From Squalus acanthias (lineage: Eukaryota): a stretch of DNA of 64,000 nt. The translations under genes and the position numbers were made by a program. Within the stretch, counting starts at the first letter, position 1, and every line of letters starts with the position of its first letter. Of the stretch, positions 52,840-64,000 are shown one piece after another. The stretch covers positions 8,494,001 through 8,558,000 of the forward strand of contig CM059452.1 of assembly GCA_030390025.1 (NCBI GenBank), in the 5' to 3' direction. A model generated the notes under the pieces. That model had not been told where the DNA came from. It saw only the letters and a list, made by a program, of their open reading frames with translations, and ran no database searches.

Positions 52840-55343
52840 TATCATGAGTGATTTTAATCTACATATAGATTGGGCTAACCAAATTAGTAACAATACCGTG
52901 GAGGAGGAATTCCTAGAGTGTATACAGGATGGTTTCCTGGACCAATATGTCGAGGAACCAACTAGAGACCAGGCCATCTTAGACTGGGTATTATGTAATG
53001 AGAAAGGATTTATTTGCAATCTTGTTGTACGAGGTCCCTTGGGGAGGAGCGATCATAATATGATAGAATTCTTCATTAAGATGGAGAGTGAATTAGTTGA
53101 CTCAGAGACTAGGGACCTGAATTTAAATAAAGGAAACTACGATGATATGAGGCGCGGGTTGGCTAGGATGGATTGGGGGACGTTACTTAAAGGGTTGACG
53201 GTGGATAGGCAATGGCAAACATTTAAAGATTGCATGGATGAACTACAGAATTTGTTCATCCCTGTTTGGCATAAAAATAAAACAAAAAAGTTGACTCAAC
53301 CGTGGCTAACAAGGGAAATTAGGGATAGCATAAAATCCAAAGAGATGACATATAAATTGGCCAGAAAAAGCAGCAAACCTCAGGTTTGGGAGCAGTTTAG
53401 GATTCAGCAAAGGAGGACAAACGGATTTATTAAGAGGGCGAAAATAGAGTATGAGAGTAAGCTTGCAGGGAACATAAAAACTGACTGTAAAAGCTTCTAT
53501 ATATATGTAAAGAGAAAAAGATTGGTGAAGTCAAGCATAGGTCCCTTGCAGTCAGAATCAGGGGAATTTATAATGGGGAACAAAGAAATGGCTGACCAAT
53601 TAAATACATACTTTGGCTCTGTCTTCACAAAGGAGGACACAAATAACCTCCCAGAGATGTCGGGGAAGATAGATTCCAATGAGACGGAGGAACTGAATGA
53701 AATCAGTATTTGTAGGGAAATGGTGTTAGGGAATTAGACGGGATTGAAGGCCGATAAATCCCCAGGGCCTGATAATCTACATCCTAGGGTACTTAAGGAA
53801 GTGGCCCTAGAAATAGTAGATGCATTGCTGGTCATCTTCCAAAATTCTATAGACTCTGGCACGGTTCCCATGGATTGGAGGGTAGCTAATGTAACCCCAC
53901 TATTTAAAAAAGGTGGTAGAGAGAAAACGGGGAATTATAGACCGGTAAGCCTGACATCGGTAGTGGGGAAAATGCTAGAGTCCATTATAAAAGATGTAAT
54001 AGCAGAACACTTGGAAAACAGCAACAGGATCGGACAAAGTCAACATGGATTTACAAAAGGTAAGTCATGCTTGACTAATCTACTGGAATTTTTTGAGGAT
54101 GTGACTGGTAGAATAGATAAGGGAGAACCAGTGGATGTGGTGTATTTGGACTTTCAGAAGGTTTTCGATAAGCTCCCGCATAAGAGATTAGCGTGCAAAG
54201 TTAAAGCACATGGGATTGGGGGTAAGGTACTAACTTGGATAGAGAACTGGTTGGCAGACAGGAAGCAAAGAGTTGGAATAAACGGGTCTTTTTTCCGAGT
54301 GGCAGGCATTGACTAGTGGGGTACCGCTGGGATCGGTGCTAGGACCCCAGCTATTCACAATATATATTAATGATCTAGACGAGGGAACTAGATGTAATAT
54401 CTCCAAGTTTGCAGACGACACAAAGCTGGGTGGGCGTGTGTGCTGTGAGGAGGATGCAGAGAAACTCCAGTATGATTTGGACAGGTTGGGTGATTGGGCA
54501 GATGCATGGCAGATGCAGTATAATGTGGATAAATGCGAGGTTATCCACTTTGGTGGCAAAAACAGGAAGGCAGATTATTATCTGAACGGCAATAGATTGG
54601 GAAAAGGGGAAGTGCAACGAGACCTGGGTGTCCTTGTGCACCAGTCGCTGAAGGTAAGCATGCAGGTGCAGCAGGCGGTTAAGAAGGCAAATGGTATGTT
54701 TACCTTCATAGCGAGAGGATTCGAGTACAGGAGCAAGGATGTCTTGCTGCAGTTGTACAGGGCCTTGGTGAGACCACACCTTGAGTATTGTGTGCAGTTT
54801 TGGTCGCCTTATCTGAGGAAGGATGTTCTTGTCATGGAGGGAGTGCAGCGAAGATTCACCAGACTGATACCTGGGATGGCATGAATGATGTATGAAGGGA
54901 GATTGGGTCGATTAGGCTTATATTCGCTCGAGTTTCGAAGAATGAGAGGGGATCTCATTGAAACTTATAAAATTCTAACAGGACTAGACAGACTAGATGC
55001 AGGAAGGATGTTCCCGATGGCGGGGGAGTCCAGAACAAGAGGTCACAGTCTAAGGATAAGGGGTAAGCCATTTAGGACTGAGATGAGGAGGAATTTCTTC
55101 ACCCAGAGAGTGGTGAACCTGTGGAATTCTCTACCACAGAAGGCAGTTGAGGCCAATTCATTAAATATATTCAAGAAGGAGATCGATATATTTCTTAAGG
55201 CTAAAGGGATCAAGGGATATGGGGAGAAAGCAGGGACAGGGTACTGAATTTGGATGATCAGCCATGCTCTCATTAAATGGCGGAGCAGGCTCGAGGGGCC
55301 GAATGGCCTACTCCTGCTCCCATCTTCTATGCTTCTATGCTTC
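52840..55343 (+). mobile_element. Well-preserved 5'-truncated CR1 LINE (endonuclease C-terminus, RT, 3' tail)
   Basis: ORF2 in four long pieces (DFN...SDHN; KSPGPD; FADDTK; LEYCVQFWSP); tail (TTCTATGC)n. Confidence 0.95.
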
Positions 55344-55386
55344 TAAAATGATCTGCTGTTTTCTGTCTAATTCTAAACCAGGCACC

Positions 55387-55858
55387 ATGTGCTCCCCGTG
55401 TTCCATACTGATAATAATGGTCGTGCTGTCCAGTGAGTTCATATGTAAATGGTCATTGTGTGTTTCACGGATTATCCTTACTCCCAGACTTTTGACACAT
55501 TCTGTGTTTTGTTACAGGAACGAGTGGCAAAAAATCAGTGTCCCAGGATCCGTCTGAATTAATGGTTCAGGAAGGAAAAAGCATAATATTGAACTGCAGT
55601 TACCCGGCAGCTGCTCCAACTCTGTTCGGGTACATCCAGTATCCCGGGGAAGCTCCGAGATATTTACTGAGGATATATAGCTCGGGGACGGTAGACCAGT
55701 CTCCAGATTTCCCAGGCCGGTTTTCTGCTGTTTTGCACAGAGACAGCAAAACGGTCCCTTTAAATATCACCGCGGTTCTTGTCACCGACAGCGCCGTGTA
55801 TTTCTGTGCCATGAGCCCCACACTGCTGCAGAGATATAGCGGATCCCGTACAAAAACC
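55387..55858 (+). CDS. TRAV/TRDV: TCR alpha/delta-type V segment 3, open but lacking the conserved FR2 Trp: leader 55387-55432, V exon 55518-55818, RSS 55819-55858
   Basis: Leader MCSPCSILIIMVVLS; SVSQDPSELMVQEGKSIILNC...LFGYIQYPG (W->G)...DSAVYFCAMS; CACACTG-24bp-ACAAAAACC. Confidence 0.88.
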
Positions 55859-56109
55859 CACACTGAGAGTTCCAGTTAGTGATCACCAGAGGGCGCTCTC
55901 ACATCGATAACCAGCAGCGATAATTCAGCCTCCACAGTGAGAGTCACAGGGAGATTCTTAACAGAGCGACATTTCACAACACTCAACAAGAACAGGTCAG
56001 GTCCACTTGGGGATCTTTTAGGTGATTTCAACTCGTATTTAGAATAAACATGAACTTCACAAATCATGTTTGTGGCGCCTTAACTCCCCTTTTGTCCTTT
56101 CTCTATTGT

Positions 56110-56620
56110 GTACATTTCTGGGCACCACACGTTAGGATGATGTCAAGGCCCTGGAGAGGGTACAGAGGAGGTTTACCAGGATGATACCAGGGATGAGGGA
56201 CTTCAGTTATGTGGAGAGATTGGAGAAGCCGGGATTGTTCTCCTAAGAGCAGAGAAGGTTAAGGGGAGACCTAATAGAAGTATTCAAAATTATGAGGGGT
56301 TTTGACAGAGCAAATAGGGAGAAACTATTTCCTCTGGCAAGTGGGTTGATAACCAGAGGGAATAGATTTAAAATAATTGGAAAAAGAACTAGAGTGGAAA
56401 TGAGGAGACATTTCTTCACAAAGAGGTTGTTAAGATCTGAAAGGCAATGCCTGAAAGGGTGGTGGAATCAGATTTCATGGGAACTTTCAAAAGGCAATTG
56501 GACATGTACTTGAAGAGGACTAATTTGCAGGGTTATGGAGAAAAAGCTGGGATATGGGACTAAACAGGCACGACAGGCCGAAAGCCCCCTTCTGTGCTGT
56601 AAGATTCTATGAATCTATGA
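56110..56620 (+). mobile_element. CR1 3' fragment
   Basis: MRGFDRANREKLFPL...; (tctatga) tail. Confidence 0.82.
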
Positions 56621-57170
56621 TGCCCCTTCCGTGCCTGCCTGCAATATTGTGCAGCCCTTTACACATCTCCCCTGTCAGTGTCCCGGACCCATTGATCGCG
56701 GCCTGTACACAGGGTTTATTTGATCAGAGTATGTTGCTGGGTCAGAGACAGTTTATACACAATGAACAGATTTCACAAGGTAGTGATTGTGCTCTTTAAA
56801 ACAGGCCCCAAGCACAGAGTTCCCCCAATGTCCATTGTCCTTCAGAATGTCTCTTTAATGCTGGAATATTTTCCGTCACCATTAACAATCCCTCAGCTTC
56901 CCGGTTACAATAACCAGGCAAGAGTTTCATTCCCACCCCCGGTCTCTAAAAGCGGAACCATTCCCCTATAAAGGCACTGACTGTGGCCCAGCTCGGGGTG
57001 TTTCCATTCACTGGCAGCCAGCTCACCACCTACCGGTCTCACAGCACCACTGGGGACACCAGGAAGTGAGGTGAGAGCATCCTGAGACACGACAGCAGAT
57101 TATTGAGGGCGGGGATTAGAACGGGTGTCTTCAAATATCCAACCCCCCTTTTACAGAGCGGACAGCGACA

Positions 57171-57683
57171 ATGCGGCTACTCAGCATCTGGGCTGTGTGG
57201 GGGCATTTCTGACAGGTAATTGTGGACCAAACACATTTCATCTTTTCTCTCATTTCTAACATGGTTTGAATCTGAATTTTAAACACCCGCCGGTCTGATC
57301 TTTTCCTGTTTGAACATGTTTTTCAGATCTGAGTCTTGGAGATTCTGTCACTCAGCCGCTGTCCTCAGGAGTTAAGACAGAAGGAGAAGCGGTGACTGTA
57401 AACTGTACCTATGGCACTAAATGGAGCACCTTTAATTATTTATATTGGTACCGGAACCACCCAGACACACAGCCCGAGTTTATACTGTGGAAGGATCATG
57501 ATGGAGTTGATGGTGTTGAGCATAAAGCAGATTTTGGTAAAACCCGTTTCTCTGCAGAAATCCAGACCTGGACTAAATTCACCAGTTTAACCATCTCGGG
57601 GCTGCAGCTGACCGACACTGCAGTTTATTACTGCGCCCTGAGACCACACTGATGGAAACCAGTTAAACCCTGGTACAGAAACT
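57171..57683 (+). pseudogene. TRAV/TRDV: TCR alpha/delta-type V segment 4: intact V exon 57327-57644 and 23-RSS, leader 57171-57215 one base short
   Basis: DSVTQPLSSGVKTEGEAVTVNC...LYWYR...DTAVYYCALR; CACACTG-23bp-ACAGAAACT; leader is 45 nt versus 46 nt in paralog V1, with the loss in a G run. Confidence 0.88.
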
Positions 57684-58394
57684 CCCGCCGCTTTGTAGAT
57701 CAGAGGCTCCGCCTGCTGAAGCCGGATATAAGGCTCACTTTGTGCTGTTTGCGGTTCCGGCCATCCTGAGAACTGTTCCCAAAGTCTCTCATTTGTCGGT
57801 TGGGTTCAGTCTGTGCAGTTTCCGCGTTGTTTTCCCTGTTACTCACTGGGAACTGTCTCTCCTGAATCACTGCCACCTTCATCTTCAGACTATTGACTGT
57901 TGCTCTTTTGCCTGTTTTCAGGACAGTTTTCTCTGAGTTTGCGCACCAGCTGGGGAATGGGAGTCTCGCGGGGTCAGAGTTCAGCCGAGACTTCTTTGTT
58001 CTGAAGGGGTTTGACTCCTCGATGGTTTATTACATCGTCACTGAATGTGTTCCCTCCGTTCAGTTCATTTCCTGCCGACTGGAGCGCCAGGTCTGAGTGC
58101 GATTCTGACACTGAACGAGAACTGGTTTATATTTGTTTCACTAAGTTTGAAAGTTGAGGTGCCCATTACATGAACAGGGATTGGAAGCACCGTCCCATCG
58201 AATACCTTATTATCAAATTAGCAACACGATTATTTTTATTAATAATAAACATGATGTTTCCTGTTCTGTACTGTTAGTTGGATAGCGATTGATTTGTCAG
58301 TTTTTACATGGACACTCTCCTGTGAGAAGTACTGACAGTCCCCGTTTCTCCCCACACTGCCCGCTCTCCACTTGTCCCTGTCACATTCCGGCAG

Positions 58395-58739
58395 TGTTTT
58401 TGTACGGGGCTCCCTCTGGTTCCTGTCACTGTGTCTCTCAGCCTGCAGTGATACACCGCGCTGACAGACAGCTGTAGGCCGCGGATGGTGAAATTCCCCT
58501 CACTTTCTGAAATGTCGTGAAATGCGGAAATTCGAGCCCCCGTGCCCTCTGCTTTGAAAACATCTCCCTAAGAAGGACTGTAGATCAGCAATGTTGGCCC
58601 TTGTCGCGGTCCTGACGGTACAGTTGTAAGGAATGTGAAGGAGCAGTGGTCGAATAGCTGTAATTACTGGTCACCGAGTCTCCTTCAAACTGTATCGCTG
58701 CAAGCGGCCCCTGTGAGACCGAGTCCGCACAACTAACAA
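58395..58739 (-). pseudogene. TCR alpha/delta-type pseudo-V 5 (exon 58739-58434) with near-perfect 23-RSS (58433-58395)
   Basis: ADSVSQGPLAAIQFEGDSVTSNYSY...LQLYRQ...(frameshift)TLLIYSPS*...GNFTIRGLQLSVSAVYHCRLR; first Cys and Trp lost; CACAGTG-23bp-ACAAAAACA; no leader found; absent from the ORF track. Confidence 0.9.
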
Positions 58740-59574
58740 CTACAGCAATATAGAAATACACAACTTTAAACTTTTCTTATCATTTTATTATAACTGATAG
58801 CATCAAGGTGACGGAATATACAGGAAATAGAGGGAAAATACAGTTAAAAGGAAGATTCTCTATGGCAGTGATACGTGCAAGAGGGAAGATTGTGTAACTT
58901 GTAAACTTTACCAGTTAAGAGAGCCGCAGCTGTGACGAATGAATAAAAAGTAACTCCTAACATGTTTGCAGAGAGTTGATAACAGATTTGAACAGAACGG
59001 GTTAAACCTGAAATATTTTAGTCAAGACTTGGGAAGGTGTTGATTGATATCCGGCGTCTCTGCCGATTGGTTCATCCCTGACAGAGTCAACAGGTGAGAT
59101 CCAAGCAGTTCACAGCTCCTTTTTACTCCAATTCTTCCAATCAACTCACAGCTCCTTTGTTCGTCTCTTTATGACGTCTGTGGTCAAAATGCTCTTGCTT
59201 ACTGAACAAGCGACTGGGAAGAAATAGAGTGAGTGCGTAATTAAGGGATTATACCGCATCAGAAATAATGAGCGGCTTTAATCAGCTATAATCTTAATCT
59301 TTGAGAGCCAATAGCTGGCAATCGTGTTTTTATACATGACCAAAAACCTTAAATCTCCTCAATGGCCTCATTCTAAGCTGTATGTAATACAATGCGCCAG
59401 CAGAGGGCGCCAAACTCAAGAATGATAATTAAAAAGTCATGTGATGCAAACGCCAAGGCCAACAGCAATCGAAGCCTGAATGAGGTCACAATGGGGACGC
59501 CCCCTGCAGTGTGTGGGTGGAACAATGAGCTGAACAGCCCGGGTTACCGCTCTCCTTCTCAATCTCTGCCTCAT

Positions 59575-59956
59575 TGAAGCATACAAAATTATTACAGGGC
59601 TTGATAGGGTGGATGCTGGGAGAATGTTTCCCTTGGCTGGGGAGTCTAGAACCACGGGCCACAGCCTCAGGATAAAGGTTAGGCCATTCAGGACTGAGAT
59701 GAGAAGAAATTTCTTCACACAGAGGGTGGTGAATCTTTGGAATTCTCTACCCCAGAGGGCTGTGGAGGCTCAGTCATTGGGTATATTCAAAACAGAAGTC
59801 GATAGATTTCTGACTAGTAAGGGCATCAAAGAATATGGCGATAAGGCCGGTGAATGGAGTTGAGGCAGAAGATCAGTCATGATCTCATTGAATGGCGGAG
59901 CAGGCTCGAAGGGCCGAATGGCCTACTCCAGCTGCTATTGCTTATGTTCTTATGTT
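59575..59956 (+). mobile_element. CR1 3' end, close match to the copy at 8723-9110
   Basis: DAGRMFPLAGE...RRNFFTQRVVNLWNSLP; tail cttatgttcttatgtt. Confidence 0.9.
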
Positions 59957-59977
59957 CATTCAATTCCAAGTCACTGT

Positions 59978-60548
59978 GAGAGATTCAGTCAATTTCTAAT
60001 AATACTGGCGGCTGTGTTGAACAGTAAGTATTGGATTATATTTAAAACACAGGTTAGCTGGTTGATGCAAAGAGCGTGTGCAGGGATTTAGTGCAATTAC
60101 CGATCAGAAATATCCACATGATGGACAGCTGTGTAGATGGAGGGTTATCCACTCTCATACAGATAGACACAAGTTTCGATTTAATCTTCTGCTCTTCTGT
60201 TCCCCTATCTTCACAGGCGGGCTGTGTGCAGATCCAGTAACTCAGTCTCCGGTGACAATTGCCGTGTCAACAGGGGGTTCGGTGCAGTTAGATTGTGAAT
60301 ATACAATCACGGATATTGACTACATGCAATGGTATCGGCAGCAATCGGCACAGCCACCAAGCTGGATAATTAGCAAAACAGTAGCACTGAAGGGAGACGA
60401 AATCTCAGGACAATATCTGGCAGCTGCTAATACGTCTAGAAAGTACGGTTACCTCAATATAAACAGCCTGAGTGTGGAGGACGGAGAGGTCTATTACTGT
60501 GCAGTGAGGCACAGCGTCAGATAAAAGTAAAGGCCCCGGACAAAAACC
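59978..60548 (+). CDS. TRAV/TRDV: TCR alpha/delta-type V segment 6: leader ~59978-60023 lacking ATG, V exon 60217-60509, 23-RSS 60510-60548
   Basis: Leader (E)RFSQFLIILAAVLN|GTAAGT; DPVTQSPVTIAVSTGGSVQLDC...MQWYRQ...EDGEVYYCAVR; CACAGCG-23bp-ACAAAAACC. Confidence 0.87.
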
Positions 60549-60674
60549 TCAGCGAGAATTTACAGCTCCATTAAGTGTTCTTTTGTGCTGCTTTCTGTGG
60601 GGTTAATTTGATCCCAAACCCACGGAGACTAAAGACAGCCAGGTTTCTATTTCAACGAGTTGTATTTGTGTCTG

Positions 60675-61032
60675 TGTCTTTGCCCAAATCAGCGGAGAAC
60701 CGGTCTGGGAAATCTGGAGACTTCACTCCCTGCCCCGAGCTGTATCTCCTCATTAAATAACTCGGATCTTCCCCGGGGATACTGGTTGTACCAGAAGAGG
60801 TAGGGAAATCTATCGGCTGTGGAGTAACTAGAGTTCAGTATTAAGATCTGTCCTTCCTGAACCGTTAATTCAGGTGGATCCTGGGAAAATGAGGCTTCCC
60901 CATTGTAACAAAATACTGAATCTGTCAGAAGTCTGGGAGTAAATATAACCCATGAAATACATACGATATTTTAAACATAGACTCACCGGGCAGCACGACC
61001 ATTATTATCAGTAAGAAACATGGGGAGCGCAT
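60675..61032 (-). pseudogene. TCR pseudo-V 7, 3'-truncated paralog of V3
   Basis: Leader MRSPCFLLIIMVVLP(G) 61032-60987; acceptor AG->AA; SQDPPELTVQEGQILILNS (C->S)...LFWYNQYP, frameshift, SPDFPDRFSA; no YYC and no RSS. Confidence 0.85.
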
Positions 61033-61189
61033 GGTGTCTGGTTTAGATGGGAGTCTCCGGCTCTGATACCAGAACAACATTAACTATTGGTCACTGGCCC
61101 CATCTCACAGACTGACGCTGCTAAAGGGCGAACATTGGCTTTAATCCTCGTCCAGTTCTGAGGAGAACAATTTCACTCCGTTCTCTGAT

Positions 61190-61525
61190 CCCCGCTCTGA
61201 CGTCATGAATTGGCAAACAAAGTAGCTGTGAGCCGATTGGTTGAATTGGAAAACAAAGGAGCTGCAAACTGATTGGATAAATTGGAGAACAAAGGACCGA
61301 GAGCTGATTGGATGTGATCTGCTGACTCTGTCGGGAACGGACCAATCGGCAGAGAGACCGGATATTACTCAACATCTTCCCAATTCTTGACGACAAGACA
61401 ATTTCAGCTTCAAACCGTTCTGTTCAAATCCACCACCAACTCTCTGCAAACATGTTGGGTGTTACTTTTTATTTATTCGTCACAGCTGCAGCTCTCTTAA
61501 CTGATAAGTTCACAAGTTACACAGC
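61190..61525 (-). promoter_or_regulatory. TCR V promoter block (CRE, repeated CCAAT and AACAAAG); inverted paralog at 58890-59180
   Basis: TGACGTCA 61198-61205; several GATTGG and AACAAAG; ~300 bp aligns by eye to the reverse complement of 58890-59180. Confidence 0.6.
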
Positions 61526-61920
61526 ATTGTGTTTCACATCTGTATCATACATTATATTTAATCGGTCAGTTCCCTGAACACATGAATATCAATAGGTTGA
61601 TCCGAAGTGAAGAAAACCATCAGGATCCACCTTGACTCAACACTGAACACTGTTTGGGGAAACTCGACAAACTCCCTCAGTGAATGAAAGCGGATGAGTT
61701 GAGGTGAGATTACAGGCGAATGGCAGACAGACAAGCCCGTCGGCGTCAATGACGGACATTGACAGACACACGAGTCTTAAACCCACAGACAGTTTGGAGT
61801 TTTCCCTTCACATCACAAGAGGTGAAGGTGAGGAACTGATCCCGTTGGAAGGTGCTGAAGGTTAATTAAAGGGTGTTTATTCAGTCGATCCCAGCGCCAT
61901 CCCGTGAGCAGCCCCTGAGC

Positions 61921-62170
61921 TGTGGGGATATATATTTGTGTTCAACTGCCCTGATTTGCTTCACAGGTAAGTGTTGAGGGTGACGGGCTGATTCTGGGCG
62001 GTAAACAGAGTGAAGTGACATTGTTTAATTTAATATCGCTCTGGGCTCTTGCAGGACATGGGCGAGGAGACTCCGGTTCACAGACACCGGCTGTAACCAC
62101 AGAAAATGAAGGAGACGATGTTCAGTTGTATTCTAATTATACAGCCACAAGCATCAATCATATCTATCTA
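61921..62170 (+). pseudogene. TCR pseudo-V 8, 5' fragment
   Basis: Leader-like exon ending ACAG|GTAAGT (61966) without ATG; acceptor at 62054, then GHGRGDSGSQTPAVTTENEGDDVQLYSNY, which breaks into a (TATC)n/(TA)n microsatellite. Confidence 0.65.
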
Positions 62171-64000
62171 TCTATCTATCCATATATATATATATCTATA
62201 TATCCATATTATATGTTATATGTTATATTGTGCAGGTAGATGAGTGAAAGGCTTTCATAGAGGTAACCAGGCTGATGACTGAGAGACAGATGGACAGCGG
62301 CCTGTCTGGGCCTCGGTGGCTTGTTCTCCCTGAGCAGGGGGACCAGTTTGTATTCGGGTTCCCACAGTGCGGAGACACAGAGAAAGGAATCACTGGACAC
62401 CGGGAAATACAGGAGGAAAAACATACTGACTGTCTGGAGCCTGTGCACAAAGGTCACGAGCATCTGGCGCCAGTAGAACTGAAAGAAAATGAAAGTCAGT
62501 TGTTGTGAATGTGGGTTGTGAGTTGTTGTTTATTTTGCAGATCAGAAAGGGTTAAATCTGCGAGCGCAAGCTGTCAATTTCCGAGCTCGAATTCATCTGA
62601 TTAATGTTTCTGTCGCTGTAAGTGTTGATGTAAAAGGCTCTACATTCGCCATCAGCATCACCGCAACACATCTCGCTATAAATGAGCACTGGAAACTGCC
62701 CATAGATACACTGACTGTCTGTTTTCACCCAGGATCTCAAAAGTGTAAAAGTTCCCATTATATCCGCCAGAGGGCGCCGTGCTCATATGTTTCTCGCTGC
62801 TTCCTTCGCACTTAGTCCCATGTTATTCATGATATGTCGAAAACCATCAACATTTCAAACCTGTTTATATTTGTGTTGTATTCCTGGTGTTCAGTAAAAT
62901 ACCTCCCCTCCCTCTTGTTCTGTCTTGCTTTCACCGTCACAATCTCTCTCCACCACGCTTATGAATGATTTCCTTATACTGCAAATCTTAAAGCAACTGC
63001 AAAGTGACATTTTTGGTAGTTTTGTAAAGCTGCAGTTTGAAAAAAATCTCTTATATATTAAAATATGTAATGGGCGACACACTCAGAGGGACAATTTTGT
63101 AACCCGAGTGAGGAGTTTCTCCCGTGTCACTAACCACTGATGGACAGCCTGGAGAGATGTATGTTGGACATCTTGGGGAGTTACGGGTTAACAGTCGAAC
63201 TTCTTTGTATCTTGGATTAACAAGCTTCCAGGCTTTCAATATCTAAACAGGATGACTTTGAAGAGTCGTAAAAAGAATGCACTGCTTTGTTTCTGAGATG
63301 TAAAGTGCTTGTGTAAGGGAATAAGTGATAGTAATGACGTCACCCATGAGTGGTTTAGTTTTAGGGTAATAAACATGGTTAGATGGATCCATTAGCTACA
63401 GAGAGCAGTTGGTACAGTATTTACTTCAAAGATGCTAGCAAATGTTCTGTCAGGAAGTCTTGTTTAAGGGACGTAGTTATGAATTAAACAAACAACAAAC
63501 TGTTTAGATGAATATTCCGTTTTCAAAGGGTCTGGGAATAGATACGTCATACAGGCTTATCTATGACATTTTCCTTTGATGTAGTCAAATATGGTGTATA
63601 AAGGATCGTGGTTTTCAACAGTATCTCAGCGTGTACTCGAAAGATACTGAAACCGAAACAGTCACTCTCTGTATACAGTTAAAGACCGATCACCTTCACT
63701 GTGCATCAATAAGGTCTGTTCCGTGTACTCCACTACGGAGTCTCGTGCTTACTCGAAACGTGTTGTTGTGAACCAGAGGAGAAAGGATGTTGACTGCTAA
63801 CAGCCACCATTTCCCTCCCCGTGTGATTAATTTCCGCGCCTCCTGTTAGTTTCAGGCAGACATTAATCTAACGGGTTCAGCAGATATTTAGGGAAGGGGC
63901 TCCTATTCCCCTCCGAGCTATTGCCAACACAGTCGGATGATGGCGGTTAGATATTATCTCGAAATGACAATATATCGGTTTGAATGTAGATGAAGATGTT

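Noticed and set aside
52763-55247. Long RT-like ORFs as a possible host gene or active element
   Set aside because: 5'-truncated CR1 ORF2 with stops and a frameshift; inactive copy.
57735-58110. Exon-like minus-strand segment between V4 and pseudo-V5
   Set aside because: Stops or frameshift in the plausible frames and no recognisable domain.
62363-62400. Isolated CACAGTG heptamer
   Set aside because: No acceptable nonamer at 12 or 23 spacing and no V, D or J coding flank.

Overview
Cartilaginous-fish (shark-like) genomic DNA from a T-cell receptor alpha/delta-type V-segment array. I count eight TCR V segments or relics in mixed orientation; six keep a 23-type RSS and only two look fully intact. 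A complete shark-type IgM heavy-chain cluster sits in the middle of the array on the + strand (31.5-48.8 kb): leader, VH germline-joined to D sequence and ending in a 12-RSS, one unjoined JH with a 23-RSS, Cmu1-Cmu4, secretory tailpiece, TM1 and TM2. The VH has a +1 frameshift, but JH and every constant exon and splice site are intact. A decayed TCR pseudo-V downstream carries a near-perfect 23-RSS facing the VH-D 12-RSS, the geometry of a deleting element. The rest is CR1/L2 LINE and SINE debris, Harbinger-like DNA transposons, a solo LTR, minisatellites and two assembly gaps (11628-11831, 29610-29771). All calls are by eye; no database searches were run and the species cannot be determined.
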